Below are positions 11,819 to 25,006 of a stretch of 64,000 nt of DNA, piece by piece. How positions within the stretch are numbered: position 1 is the stretch's first letter; every line of letters begins with the position of its first letter. A model generated the notes under the pieces. That model was not told the DNA's origin. It saw only the letters and a list, made by a program, of their open reading frames with translations, and made no database searches. The DNA comes from Eledone cirrhosa (lineage: Eukaryota). The translations under genes were made by a program, and so were the position numbers. The DNA lies in contig OZ024755.1 of NCBI GenBank assembly GCA_964016885.1, positions 2,728,001 through 2,792,000 of the forward strand, written 5' to 3'.

Positions 11819-12690
11819 GGTCAACCCTCCTCTAGAGGATCTAATGGTCAAGTACGATCCAACCACCCTTTGTATTATTTTATGTGACATTGTGTATCTA
11901 GGACTATATTATACAATAAGTGCTTCCACGTTTAGGACGACAGGGATTGCTTGTTATCTATGTGAGATTTGGTTGTTATTTCTAGCAAATTTTGAAACAA
12001 CTCATAACCTCCATCTTCGGTTCAGTACCAAAGTATCTGCGAGAGAGAGAGGGAGAGAGAGAGGGGGAGAGAGAGAGAGCGATAGAGAGAGAGAGCGATA
12101 GAGAGAGAGCGATAGATAGATAGATAGAGAGAGAGGGGGGGGAGATAAAAATAGGTGCCATAAAATAGAGTGGTTGTGGTGTAGATAAATTAGAGAGATA
12201 AAGAGGGTGGGGGGAAGAAAGAAAAGAAGATTAAATAGAGATAACAGAGCTGCTTGTGTGTGTGTATGTGTGTGTGTGTGTGTGCATGTGTGTATGGTTG
12301 TGTATGTGTATGCGCCTGTGTATGTTTGTGCGTGTATGTGTGTGCATATTTGTATGAGTGTATGTGTACATGTGTATGCGCGTATGTATGTGTCTACACG
12401 TGTGTATATTTGTATGTGTGTATGTGAGTATGTTTGTACAAGTGTGTATGTCATTGTGTGTATGTGCGTGTGTATATTTGTATATGTGTTTATGTGTGTA
12501 CATATGTATGCGCGTGTATGTATGTTTGTATATGAGTTTATGTGGGTACATGTGTATGCACGTGTGTATGTTTGTGCATGTGTGTATTTCAGTGTGCGGG
12601 TATATATGTCTATATATATATATACATGTATGTACGTCTGCATATATGTCTATATATATATATACATGTATGTACGTTTGTGTATATATA

Positions 12691-12725
<35 letters not shown>

Positions 12726-12729
<4 letters not shown>

Positions 12730-12916
12730 CGAAGGAAATGTGGTAAGGAACCAGATGGACGATAACGCACCAAAGTACTCAATACTTCGGGTAGTAGAGT
12801 GGGTAATAGGAACGAGTAGGACCCCGACGGCTGAGCTCAAGCCGTTTCGACGGCTAATTCTGTCTAGAATTAGCCATCGAAACGGCTTGAGCTCAGCCGT
12901 CGGGGTCCTACTCGTT

Positions 12917-12921
<5 letters not shown>
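12726..12921. mobile_element. Family A asymmetric palindromic element (long left arm)
   Basis: Arms 12806-12860 and 12867-12921 around tgtcta; (TA)n on both sides. Confidence 0.9.
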
Positions 12922-12973
<52 letters not shown>

Positions 12974-13708
12974 GTATATAGATGGGTAGCTATATGAACT
13001 TTGGGCCATCAAGACAACGGCGTTGCTAACGTATTTCGTTATTGGCTTATCTCAACCATTATCTAAAGTGATCTGTTTGTTAAAAAAAGTCAACAATTAA
13101 AATAAAATAGAAATAAAAAAGATAACGTTTCATAATTTCTTTGATTGTAAAATATCCTCATTATAACTTCTTTTATTTTCTATCATTATTATTATCATAT
13201 TTTTTTTTTCTGCTTCATTTATTCTTGTTTTCTGGATTGTTCTTCATGGCGTTAATTTTAAAAAAATTTTTTTTTTATTAAATGTATTTCATTTAATACA
13301 TTCAATATTTGCTGTCGTTTTATTTTTCCGAATTTTTTTCTAGATTTCCGTATTTTATTTTATTTTATGTTCATATAGTTATTATAAGTCAAATAATTTT
13401 AAGCAACTACAAAAAAGATTTTTTTTTTTTGTCCAAAAATAATTTTAAAAAAGGAAAAAAATATTACAATGATTTTTTTTTTTTTTTTTTTTTTTTACAA
13501 AATTAATTAATTCTTTTAAAAATGATTTTACTCTCTGAATTTAATGCTAATATCAATCACCTAAACAAAGAATATAATATCTTAAAACTTATCGATCAAA
13601 TATCCGTTTTGTTTGTGATGATTTTCAAGCTTCGATACCTAAAAGCTTTCCCAATAAATAGATTTACCAATAAAACAATAAAATTAGCCAGTATTATATA
13701 TATATATA

Positions 13709-14890
13709 CTAGCAGTGGTACCCGGCGTTGCACGGGATAAGGTATCTTGGAACGCGGGCCGCAACAGACCTAATCGTGGAAAAACTGCATGCCTCAACAA
13801 TATGTAAAGAAAATAAACTGAATACTCTGATGGCTGGATAATCTTTAAGATTTTCCTCGATGAAGCAGGGAAAATGCAGGTTTTCACCTAATTTCGGGAA
13901 AATCGGCTAGACCTAACGCTTAAAAAAAGCCCTAAAAAGCTGAAAAAAATGAAGTTTTTCACCTAATGCGGGCCCTAGGCCATAAAAAAAGTTTGATTTT
14001 CTTTGCTCACGGTATGAAGAAGACACTGACTAATACATAGTTACAATTTCAAGGAAATCGGTCTGACGTAACGCCTCAAAATACCCATAAAAACCTGAAA
14101 AAATGCAGTTTTTCACCTAATGCGGGCCTTAGGGGTTCAAAAAGTTGAATTTTTTATGTGCATAACACTCCCTGAAACATAATGCGGGCCGCCAACAGAC
14201 CTAATCGTGGGAAAATTGCCTGCCTGGACAATATGTAAAGCAAATAAACCGAATACTCTGATGCAATTAGTATTAGGTATGCTTCTCCTTCCACGTGGAG
14301 AACGGTATGAAGAAGAGACTGACTAATACATAGTTACCGGCTTTCATTTTTAGTGTTGTGTGAAATATATAACCGCCTTAGCTAAGCTTAGTATTGCCAC
14401 AACCACGGTTGGCAAAGAAGTAAGGGTCTGGTGATACGTAAGTAAGCAGCATTGTGGCTTAAAACGTGAGGAAGAAGTTGTGTGCACTTACCAACTGTTT
14501 GGGGAATGAGTGTGAGATTTGTCTTGAACACGGGTGGTAGAATAACCAGAGGCAGCAGACAGCCAGACATACAGACAGATATTATAAGGGCGCGTTCTGG
14601 ACGCAGAGCGAATTATAGAAAGTGATGTAATGCAGACAGCCAGACATACAGACAGATATTATAAGGGTGCGACGTTATATGTATGTATCTATCTAAAGAG
14701 AGAAAGACTAAGAATTATAGAGAGAGATCGCTAAATCGCCTAATGCGGTCCCTAGGGCATTGAAAATTTGAATTTTTTTTTTACTTAGAACACTCCCTGA
14801 AACATATATATTACATGTGTAAAGTTTGAAAACAGTCGGTGGGTGGTTCTCGAGTTTTAGGGATTCAAAATCACACACAGACATCCTCAG

Positions 14891-14892
<2 letters not shown>
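13709..14892 (-). mobile_element. Non-autonomous Helitron-like element
   Basis: Minus-strand 3' end cccgtgcaacgccgggtaccactg-CTAG|t is a GC hairpin 8 nt before CTAG; internal direct repeats (13754/14184, 14555/14631); the other end merges into (TA)n. Confidence 0.75.
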
Positions 14893-14976
<84 letters not shown>

Positions 14977-15617
14977 GACTGTGTGTATGTGTGTGTGTAT
15001 AAACCTGTGTGTGTGTATAAACCTGTGTGTGTGTGCTTGTATACATATATGTGTGTATGTGTGTGTTAGACTCGTATTATATAATTACGAGGTTAACTTT
15101 GCCTTTCATCCTTTTGGAATCAATAAAATAAAGTACCAGTAATACACAGGGGTGGGTTTAATCGACTTTCCCCTCCTGAAAAATTGCTGGACTTGTGCCT
15201 AAAGTAGAAATCACTATTTTCCTTCAACGCCTCATACATATTTGTTTTTCCTGATACTTCCTAACATCATATGTCAGCTAAAAGATGAGAAACTTATAAT
15301 AAAAAGCAGGAAAGTTTTATCTGTCAGAAAGGAAGATAACAAGTTGAAGCTTCCAGTTTTTTAAGGTTGCACCTTGTTTTCTTTCATTATTCGAGCCTTT
15401 CAATGTTTGGAGAGAAGAAAAGATTGACGGGAATCTACTTAAAGTCATATTTACACTGCTCATACTTCCCTCTAATGCCTCATTTTATCTTCTCAAGCTA
15501 CTCTAGCTTTCTTCAGATTCTCTTAGCAATAACTGTTTTGTTTGTTTTTTTGTTTTGGCACACGTTTATACACGATATATGTACATAGGATTTAAGGGAT
15601 CTCCGTCAGTTTTACAC

Positions 15618-15686
<69 letters not shown>

Positions 15687-15781
15687 GTAGAACACTGGAA
15701 GGTAATATCCGTAGTGGTAGAGCACTCAGTCCATGGGACGAGTTAGGCAGAAGTGGTTACATAACAGTTAGTTCACCATAC

Positions 15782-15819
15782 CGAGAACAATTGTTTCACC
15801 TTAGCGGATCCTCAGCTCA
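15782..15819 (-). ncRNA. Type I hammerhead ribozyme (family D, left arm)
   Basis: Minus strand tgag-CTGAGGA-t-cc-gctaa-gg-t-GAAA-c-aatt-g-TT-ctcg. Confidence 0.7.
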
Positions 15820-16003
15820 CAAAGCTCCGGATTGAATTACAACAACATCCTAATTTTCTTATCAACTAGAAACTTTCGGACTTTCGCAGCTATCTCCCTT
15901 ACACCTCTCGCACGCAATTTAGTATTGCCTGAGTGAATTGACCGTTTCTGCGTATGCGCGTTCATACGGGTGTCCTTCCTGTTTCGTATAACCATGTCCA
16001 TTA

Positions 16004-16041
16004 CGAGCTGAGGATCCGCTAAGGTGAAACAATTGTTCTCG
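16004..16041 (+). ncRNA. Type I hammerhead ribozyme (family D, right arm)
   Basis: cgag-CTGAGGA(16008-14)-tccgctaaggt-GAAA(16026-29)-c-aatt-g-TT-ctcg; palindromic stem III; GUU triplet. Confidence 0.75.
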
Positions 16042-16679
16042 GTATGGTGAACTAACTGTTGTGTAACCACTTCTATATATATATATGTGTGTGTGTGTGT
16101 GTATATATGAGTTGGAAGGAATCTCCGTCAGTTTTACACCTGATATATGTGAGATGAAATGGTTCTCCATCAGTTTAGGCATGTTCGAGAAATTAACCTC
16201 CACGTAGCTCTCCATTGCCACGTATATTCTTCATATATTCCTCATTGGTGTTCAACGTGACACAGTGTACGACAAACTTGTCGCGATGAATTATATGTAT
16301 AGGCCGTCTGATGTGTATCTAGCGGGTTTTGTTTACCTAATTTTAAACATTTCTAATTTAGATCCACCTCAAAAACAATTTTGCCAACCATTTCCTAAGA
16401 TAGGATGCTATGAATGGAGTGGGGTACCTGGTTGGTATTTCCTTTCCATCAAACCAGCATCTAGATACGCCCTCATTAGCTCACAATTGTTGGTTGGCTG
16501 TCAGATGTTCGATGCAACATAAACTAGATTTAAGAGAAATCTTAGTAGGTTGATACCTTGTTCTATCAATTCAATTTATAAGATATTAAGAACGGGGAAC
16601 TGAAATTTATCTTCCCAGTGAATATTACAATGGCTACCATAACAAAATAACATCACCTTTACATACATACACTATACAT

Positions 16680-16764
<85 letters not shown>

Positions 16765-16970
16765 CAATGAGTTATTTGGTTTGTTGATTATTCAACAGAT
16801 TTAATTTACAGCAGATTAGAAGTACTCACATCTGTGAGAAAAACCGCAAACCCTCCATCTCAATTCTACTTTTGAAAAGCAGAAGAACTGTGACACCAGT
16901 AAAGGAAACAAATAAATATTCTTAAAAAGACTCCAGTTGCATTTTCAATTTTATCTTTTTTCCTTTTATA

Positions 16971-17024
<54 letters not shown>

Positions 17025-17027
<3 letters not shown>

Positions 17028-17256
17028 TTCGTTTTTTAATTTGTTTTACAAGATTTCTTATCTGAAAACCTGAATTGAAACAGGTATTGTTATACTTTGG
17101 GAGGGTCATGCTGCCAATAAAAACACACGCACCTGTTGGTTTTCACTTCCATTTATTATAAATTCCAGGTTAGTTGGTTGGTTCGATACCTGCTATCGAA
17201 CCAATCAACAGGTCCGTGTGTTTTTATTGGCAGCATGACCCCCCCCAAAGTATAAA
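17025..17256. mobile_element. Short family C palindromic copy
   Basis: ttatactttgggagggtcatgctgccaataaaaacac (17090-) and its reverse complement ending aaagtataa (17255); (TA)n nearby on both sides. Confidence 0.8.
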
Positions 17257-17259
17257 TAT

Positions 17260-17321
<62 letters not shown>

Positions 17322-17497
17322 AATCGCCCTAGGCTGAGGTATCTTGTCTCTAACGCGAAGAAATAGCTATGATGCCTAGTAGACAACTGATGACGGATAA
17401 TCCTAACTTCTAATTTCTAATGTTTCATTATATATATATAATGCTTGCTGCAGTTTCTTACGGAGTAGTTTCACTGTTATTATTACACACCTTTAAA

Positions 17498-17690
17498 GGA
17501 CGGTGGATTGGCAGTACCGCTAGAGGGTCGGACGTCATGCTTTAACGCATAGAGTTGCGGCCCTTGCCATTCTGAGTTCAAATCCCGCTGAGGTTAACTT
17601 TGCCTTTCATCCTTACGGGGTCGATAAAATAAAGTACCAGTAATCTACTGGCTAATTGCTGGCCTTGTTCCAAAGGTAGAAACAATTATT
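17498..17690 (+). mobile_element. tRNA-SINE family 1, full length
   Basis: A-box-like tggcagtaccg, B-box gagttcaaatccc, conserved core and tail gtagaaacaattatt. Confidence 0.9.
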
Positions 17691-18974
17691 ACACTTCTAT
17701 AAAGTGACATTAACCTTAAAGTATACAAATCCTCTCATGGCAAGAAATCTATCTTAGACGGAACATTGTCTGATCAGAATTGTGGTATTTATTTCTCATT
17801 GACGTAATGAAACATCAACTGGAATATTATTAGCACCAACTCCTCCTTTAGCATTGTAAGATCAACTAGATAGAGTAACAACGAAACACCCTCATCACAG
17901 AGAGAGAGAGAGAGAGTCAAACACACAGCAGAGTGTATTTCTTTATAGTTTTATATAATAGTAAAGCATATTCCTCTTTCTTTACTTCGGGGAGCTTAGA
18001 AATAAGAAAGTTCATGGTGACGTTTAATGTTTTAAATCTAAAGGATCTCATCTTATCAAATCCGAACAAATACTCGTGAACCAACGAAGAGAAATAACTA
18101 CAACAGTACAAATGGTCATAGCAAACGACGTTTGATGACTAACTTGGTATCTTCATTATACAAACAACACGTCCACCCTCCAGAAATATATGAGTGAAAA
18201 GGAAAGAAACCATGAACCAAATGGAAAAAATAAAGGAAGAGAGAGTGAGAGAGAGAGTCAAGGAAGGAAGGAAGGAAGGACAAATTAATGTATAAAATAT
18301 AAACATCCGTTTCACTTGCGTCAATCACCCTAGCTTCAAAAACCACCAACTACTCCTATTTCATGGTTTAATAGATCGTATCGGTAATAGTATTCATTCA
18401 TCTGTTAAATAAATATAACAAACGAAACAAATATATCAAATAATAAGGATAAATATAAAATATACTTGCTCCATTGCTTGATACACAAATATCTAAAACC
18501 GTGTGTGGCGAGGGAAAATGAAATAGAAGGAACACAACTGTTGCATGGGAAAGATAAAAACAAACCACGAATATAAACAAAGACAAAAAGTATGTGAAGA
18601 AATTATAGAAATATTAATCTTGTTTCATGGTAAATATTTACGCTTAATAAAATAAAATAAAATAAAATATAAAGAAGAAATCTAACTGAGTTCTATTGTT
18701 TGCATACTTCTCTTGCTTGCTTTCCATAAACATCAGTAAACTAACCACGTTATATAATCAATATATGTTGTATTTTATCCCGAGATCAGCTCTGATCGAA
18801 CTATTGCAAAAGGAGTTTCAGCCATCACTATCCTCATTCTTATTCCCATCCATATCTCCAGTCATATCTCTAGTCCTATTTCCTGATCACCATTATCCAA
18901 TATGTACTTCCTTTCAAAAATGAAAGTCAGAATATTTGAATAAGATTTCTTGCGGATCGTAATATTTTCCAATG

Positions 18975-19500
18975 GGTGTCTTTAGTAAACTATATACTGA
19001 TGACCAAAGCTTGCCTAATAGAGACCTGTATTCCTGGCCATTAGGTATCTTTAGTAAACTATATACTGATGACCAAAGCTTGCCTAATAGAGACCTGTAT
19101 TCCTGGCCATTAGGTATCTTTAGTAAACTATATACTGATGACCAAGGCTTGCCTAATAAGGACCTGTATTGCTGGCCATTAGGTATCTGTAGTAAACTAT
19201 ATACTGATGACCAAAGCTTGCCTAATAAGGACCTGTATTCCTGGCCATTAGGTATCTGTAGTAAACTATATACTGATGACCAAAGCTTGCCTAATAAGGA
19301 CCTGTATTCCTGGCCATTAGGTATCTGTAGTAAACTATATACTGATGACCAAAGCTTGCCTAATAAGGACCTGTATTTCTGGCCATTAGGTATCTGTAGT
19401 AAACTATATACTGATGACCAAAGCTTGCCTGATATGGTCAGATATTCCGGTTCATTGGGTATCTGTAGTAAAATATATACCGGTGTCCAAAGCTTGCCTG
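18975..19500. repeat. 69-bp minisatellite, ~7.5 copies
   Basis: ctgatga recurs at 18997, 19066...; the 23-aa period is visible in ORFs on both strands. Confidence 0.95.
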
Positions 19501-19765
19501 CTTTGAATAGGTAAACCAAACCAAACAGTGAGTTTGTTTTACTATTTTTGGCAATTTAGGACATAACCCTCCCCAAATATAACTATATATCTTATTTTTG
19601 TTATCGATTTAGCTGCTGTTCAACTTTGATGTAATAAACCTATGACCTAAGGCTTTCTAACCATGACAATCTCGTAGATTCTTTTTTTCGAATTGTGTAT
19701 ATCTATGGTTACATTATCATTTGAGAGCTATCTGGGAGCCAGTTCTTTGTTCGTATGAAATAATT

Positions 19766-19953
19766 GGTTCTACTTTTGGCACAAGGCCAGCAATTATCCC
19801 AGTGTATTACTGGTTCTTTATTTTATCGGCCCCGTAAGGATGGAAGGCAAAGTTAACCTCGGCGGGATTTAAACTCAGACCATAAAAGGCCGTAACTCTT
19901 TGCTGCAAAGCATGGCGTCCGACCCTCTACCGATACTGCCAATCCACCGCCCG
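19766..19953 (-). mobile_element. tRNA-SINE family 1, full length with 17-bp TSD
   Basis: TSD gttYgtatgaaataatt at 19749-19765 and 19954-19970. Confidence 0.9.
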
Positions 19954-20605
19954 GTTTGTATGAAATAATTCCGAGCAACAGTTTAATAATGAGAGAACAG
20001 TGAATGGGACTTAAGGTTTTCACCCTTTCCTGTACTGACTCATACACTGTTCTGTCTGTGTGTGAGCCGACATTTTAATACCATAACATACAGTGTTTCA
20101 GCTGCTATTTTAACATGTGGAGCTACACAATACAGGAGTTATTATTGTTGTCAGAGGTGTGCAGAGAAATAGTTGTTGTGTAACATTATACTGCAGATTT
20201 ACAGCAAACCCTCATAGAGAGACAGTGTCAAGGGACTGCCCTTTAGATGTACGATGGTTGTACATTGCAGAAGATTGCAGTAGAAATGCCTGCAGCAGTG
20301 TTATCTGCAGCAGTTACACTAGCAACGGCAGCAGTAATAGTTACAATGATGACTGCACAGTAATGATTCGGCTTCAATTGACAGAGCTTGTGTTATTTTA
20401 TAGCAAAGGGTCCTAATTAGAGTTTTATTCTCCACCTCTTTCGCCTCATTCTCTCGCTCTATATTTCTCTCTTTATCCCTAGGTCTTTCTCTCTTTCTCT
20501 CTTATTATCTCTCTCTACTTTCTATTTGTATTCCAGCCTACGTTTTTCTTTTTCTCCACATTTATCTTCCTATTAAGATTCACTCCCTCTCTATCTCTTT
20601 CACTA

Positions 20606-20673
<68 letters not shown>

Positions 20674-21240
20674 ATATATTGCAGGCTTTTCTTGTCCTCA
20701 TTCTCTCCCTCTCTTTCATTCTTTAACTACGTTACTCCTCTCACTTTTCCCTCTCTCATTAATTCAACCTCCTCACTCCTCCCCCTCTAATTCACTCTTC
20801 GCCTACATTCCTCCATGAAACCTACCTACCTCCTCCTCATCCTTATCCTCCTCCAAACACCTTTTTCTCCTCTTCTTCTTCTTCTGATCCCTCTTTTCTC
20901 TCATTAAAATACCTAACACCTCACACCTAACAGGCAATCCCCTCGCACCTTATATCAAATCCCGTCACCTTTTCTTTGACAGACCCCCACCTGGTTTCCT
21001 CTAACCTGCCATTCCAACCAAACAGCTACCAACAGTAAAATTGCAAAGGAGATTCAAAGGAGCCAATTATCCCAGCCTAGTTATCATTCTGAAATAAAAC
21101 AGTTGAGTACTAATACTCAAAACCCCGTATCAGACAATTACAGTTAATATTTCACTCTAATAGCACCAAGAGGGAAATATCCTCTGATAATTGCCACATG
21201 GTTATTGTTATTATTATTTGTTTTTTTTTGGTTTTGTCAC

Positions 21241-21274
21241 AGCTACTACTACTACTACTACTACTACTACAACA

Positions 21275-21308
<34 letters not shown>

Positions 21309-21533
21309 AGACTAACACCACCACCGCTATTGCTTCTACAACTACTGCTGCTGCAACTACTAATACTACTACTACTACTAAGACTAACACCACCACCGCT
21401 ATTGCTTCTACAACTACTGCTGCAGCTACTATTACTACTAGAGCTACTACTACAGCTACTACTATTATTGCTAGTACTACTACTGCTGCTACTACTACCA
21501 CCACCACCACTACAACTACTGCAGCTACTACTA
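21241..21533. repeat. (CTA)/(CTG)/(CCA) trinucleotide mosaic
   Basis: Direct inspection; includes an internal ~72-bp duplication. Confidence 0.9.
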
Positions 21534-21816
21534 GTGTATACATTGAGTATGTATGTACGTATAATCTCGTAACTCAAGTGGAAGACGTGGGAGCACCTTA
21601 TTGACATACGGAGTTTCTAGGGGTATTTTAAAACCTGGTTGAGCCCATCTTAGCTCCAGGACTGAATACTGTAGGTTTCTTCTAGAGAACGACAGAGAGA
21701 GAGAGTGAGAGAGAGAATGGAAGCGAGAAAGAGATATAGAGGAAGAATTGACCTCAGTACTCGACTGGTACTTTTTATTGACCTTAAATGGATGAAAGGC
21801 AAATTTGATATCGCTT

Positions 21817-21890
<74 letters not shown>

Positions 21891-21893
21891 TAT

Positions 21894-22266
21894 ATGAAAA
21901 CAGGGAGAGAGAGAGGCGATTATTAGGAAGAAAAATATATTTTTTTTCCTTTTTTGTTTCTCTCTCTCTCTTTTCTGGGTTAGAAAATGATTAAAACGAA
22001 ATGTTTTACTTTGTGTGAAGTGTTAAGGTATTAGTTGATTTATTTATTATTTAACAATGGCATTTATTTATCTATTTATATATTTAATTATTGTCTATTA
22101 CCGGTTTCATCATTTTTATGCATTATCAAATGATAGTGAAATGTATTAGTGTGGTGTCGCACATGTTAAACAGAAGGTGCAGAAAAAAGAGAGAGAGAAA
22201 CAAAAAAGGAAAAAAATATTTTTTTCTTCTTAATAATCGTCTCTCTCTCTCTCTCCCTGTTTTCAT
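21894..22266. repeat. Foldback with ~85-bp inverted arms and ~200-bp spacer within (TA)n
   Basis: 21894-21977 is the reverse complement of 22180-22266. Confidence 0.85.
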
Positions 22267-22322
22267 ATATATATATATGTATATATATATGTATCCTAAC
22301 TCGTGTACTTCCTCTCCACATT

Positions 22323-22399
<77 letters not shown>

Positions 22400-22404
22400 A
22401 AACG

Positions 22405-22503
22405 TGGGTAATAGGAAAAGAGTCAGGACCCCGACGTCTGCGTTCAGACCCAGTTGTCGAAACGGCCGGAGCTCAGCCGTCGGGTTCCTGACTCATTTCC
22501 TAT
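22405..22503. mobile_element. Family A short palindromic copy (subfamily variant)
   Basis: ataggaaaagagtcaggaccccgacg...gtcgggttcctgactcatttcctat; retains the hairpin gac-ccagtt-gtc before GAAA. Confidence 0.8.
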
Positions 22504-22518
22504 ATATATATACATTAT

Positions 22519-22621
<103 letters not shown>

Positions 22622-23049
22622 TGTGTGGATCGATAGAAGAGAGATAGATATATAGATAGATATAAAACTAGTTTGTATCCTCTTCACTCAATAACAAACC
22701 AGTTGGTACATGTCACTAACAAGGTGTGATTACATTACAAAGCTGAATTCTAGTTAATGACACAGCCCGTGTTTTAATTAATGAAACGTAGCTTCTCTTT
22801 TAACCAGTTTTTTATTTGTTTATTAAATATTCAATTAATTATCTCTTGTCATTATCCTTTAAATAAATTGAAGTCACTTAAAGAACGATGGTTAATAATA
22901 GTAGTAGTGGTAGTGGTGGTGATAGTAGTAGTAATGGTGGTGGTTGTGTTAGTAGTAGTGGTGGTGGTGGTGCTAGTAGCAAATGTGGTGGTTGTGGTGG
23001 TAGTAATAGTAGTAATGATGGTGATGGTAGTAACAGTGTTATTTGTCTC

Positions 23050-23112
<63 letters not shown>

Positions 23113-23222
23113 GACCATATATATATATATATATATATGGGAAGTTTTCGTTAATTCCTAAGCCGAAATACGATTCTCGCTAATTTATATTTATATATAT
23201 ATTTATATATATATATATATAT

Positions 23223-23351
23223 GGTCGAAACGGCCGGAGCTCAGCCGTCGGGGTCCTGACTCTTTTCCTATTACCCACTCTGCTACTTTAAGCATTGAGT
23301 ACTCTGGTGCGTTATGGTCCATCTGGTATCTTACAAGACCATCTTTGTTAT
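23223..23351 (+). mobile_element. Family A single-arm copy
   Basis: gtcgaaacggccggagctcagccgtcgggg...ctttgttat between (TA)n tracts. Confidence 0.85.
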
Positions 23352-23361
23352 ATATACGCTC

Positions 23362-23460
<99 letters not shown>

Positions 23461-23693
23461 AAAAAGAAGAAGAAGAAGAAGAAGAAGAAGAAGAAAAAGA
23501 AGAAGAAGAAGAAGAAGAAGAAGAAGAAGAAGAAGAAGAAGAAGAAGAAGAAGAAGAAGAAGAAGAAGCCGGCATGCCTAAATCTTTAGAACATGAATTC
23601 AAAATCAGGGTCGTACTGGACAATGTCAATGGAAAAAAAAGCAATGGAAAAGTGGACAATCCCATCTTCTCTGTCAACCAATGGAAATGTTTC

Positions 23694-23734
<41 letters not shown>

Positions 23735-23751
23735 CCGCACGTATGTGTGTA

Positions 23752-24250
23752 TAAAGTACCAGTAACGAACTGGCGTCGATTTAATCGACTTTCGCTTTCC
23801 CAAAAATTATTGGCCTTGTGTCTATATCAGAAGCCATTATTAATGCCACCATCGGTAGAGCGTCGGACAAAATACTTCGCAACATATAGTTCTGAGTTCA
23901 AATCCCGCCAAGATTAGCTTTGCCTTTCATCCTTACAGGGTCGATAAAATAAAGTACCAGTCATGCACTGGGGTCGATATAACCGACTTTCCCCCTCTCC
24001 AAAAATATTCTAGGCTTCCTGCCTAAATCAGAAACCATTATTATTATTATTATCATCAGGGCGGTGGATTGGCAGTATCGGTAGAGGGTCGGACGCCATG
24101 CTTTGTAGCATAGAGTTACATCCCTTTATGATCTGAGTTCAAATCCCGCCGAGGTTAACTTTGCCTTTCATCCTTACGAGGTCGATAAAATAAAGTACCA
24201 GTAATGTACTGGGATAATTGTCGGCCTTGTGCCAAAAGTAGAAGCAATTA
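23752..24250 (+). mobile_element. Cluster of tRNA-SINE family 1 copies (full-length copy 24059-24250)
   Basis: Three consecutive matches to the family 1 core or tail. Confidence 0.9.
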
Positions 24251-24820
24251 TTATCATCATCATCCTCAGTTTTTTTTTTTTTACAATTCTCATTGGAAAT
24301 TAAACTTAATTTCCCAATTTATAAAAAGAAATAAGCGGTTACCCCGCCTGTTCCCAACATTTATCAATAAATACATACAAAGAGAACAAACAAATGTATT
24401 TTGAACTCCGAAAAAAAAAGGGAAGGACATGATTTGAAAAGTGGACTTCAGAAGTATTTTGTGTGAATCCCATCAATCACATGTCTTGGAATTGACATCC
24501 TTTTTCTTTTTTTTTCCTTCTCTTTTTCCTTCTCCCCTCCTCCCCTTTTTCCTTCTCCCCTCCTTCTCCTTTTCCTTCTCCTTCTCTCCTTCTCCTTCTC
24601 CGATAAATTCCTCATCACTATAATTTTTTACATGATGTTTTTGTTTCACTCGGTGGAGAGGCAGTGTGGTGTAATGGTGGTTAAAACACCTTATGGGCCC
24701 CGAAATACTTTAATTGCTTCTAATTTATGTTCTGAGTTCATATCCCGTCGAGGTCAACTTTGCTTTCATATTGTGTTGTGTTGTTTAGCACCAGTTAGAG
24801 ACACATTATGAAGACATGAT

Positions 24821-25006
24821 GTCGGTGGATTGGCAGCATCAGTAGAGGGTCGGGCGCCATGCTTTGACGCATAGAGTTACGGCCCTTGCCATTCTGAGTT
24901 CAAATCCCGCCGAGGTTAACTTTGCCTTTCATCCCTACGGGGTCGATAAAATAAGGTACCAGTAATACACTGAGTATTTGCTGGCCTTGTGCCAAAAGTA
25001 GAAACA
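24821..25006 (+). mobile_element. tRNA-SINE family 1 with 16-bp TSD
   Basis: TSD attaYgaagacatgat at 24805-24820 and 25007-25022. Confidence 0.9.

Larger units (their letters stand above)
15683..16074. mobile_element. Family D head-to-head element with 70-bp inverted arms
   Basis: 15749-15818 is the reverse complement of 16005-16074; spacer ~186 bp; (TA)n at both ends. Confidence 0.85.

Noticed and set aside
16150-16320. Minus-strand peptide faintly like GIY-YIG (VVHCVT...EEYM...FLEH)
   Set aside because: Key YIG and R residues are missing and stops are present; too weak without a search.
18975-19500. Tandem CTGATGA-containing 69-bp units as a retrozyme array
   Set aside because: There is no GAAA or stem III in the unit, so no hammerhead can be folded.
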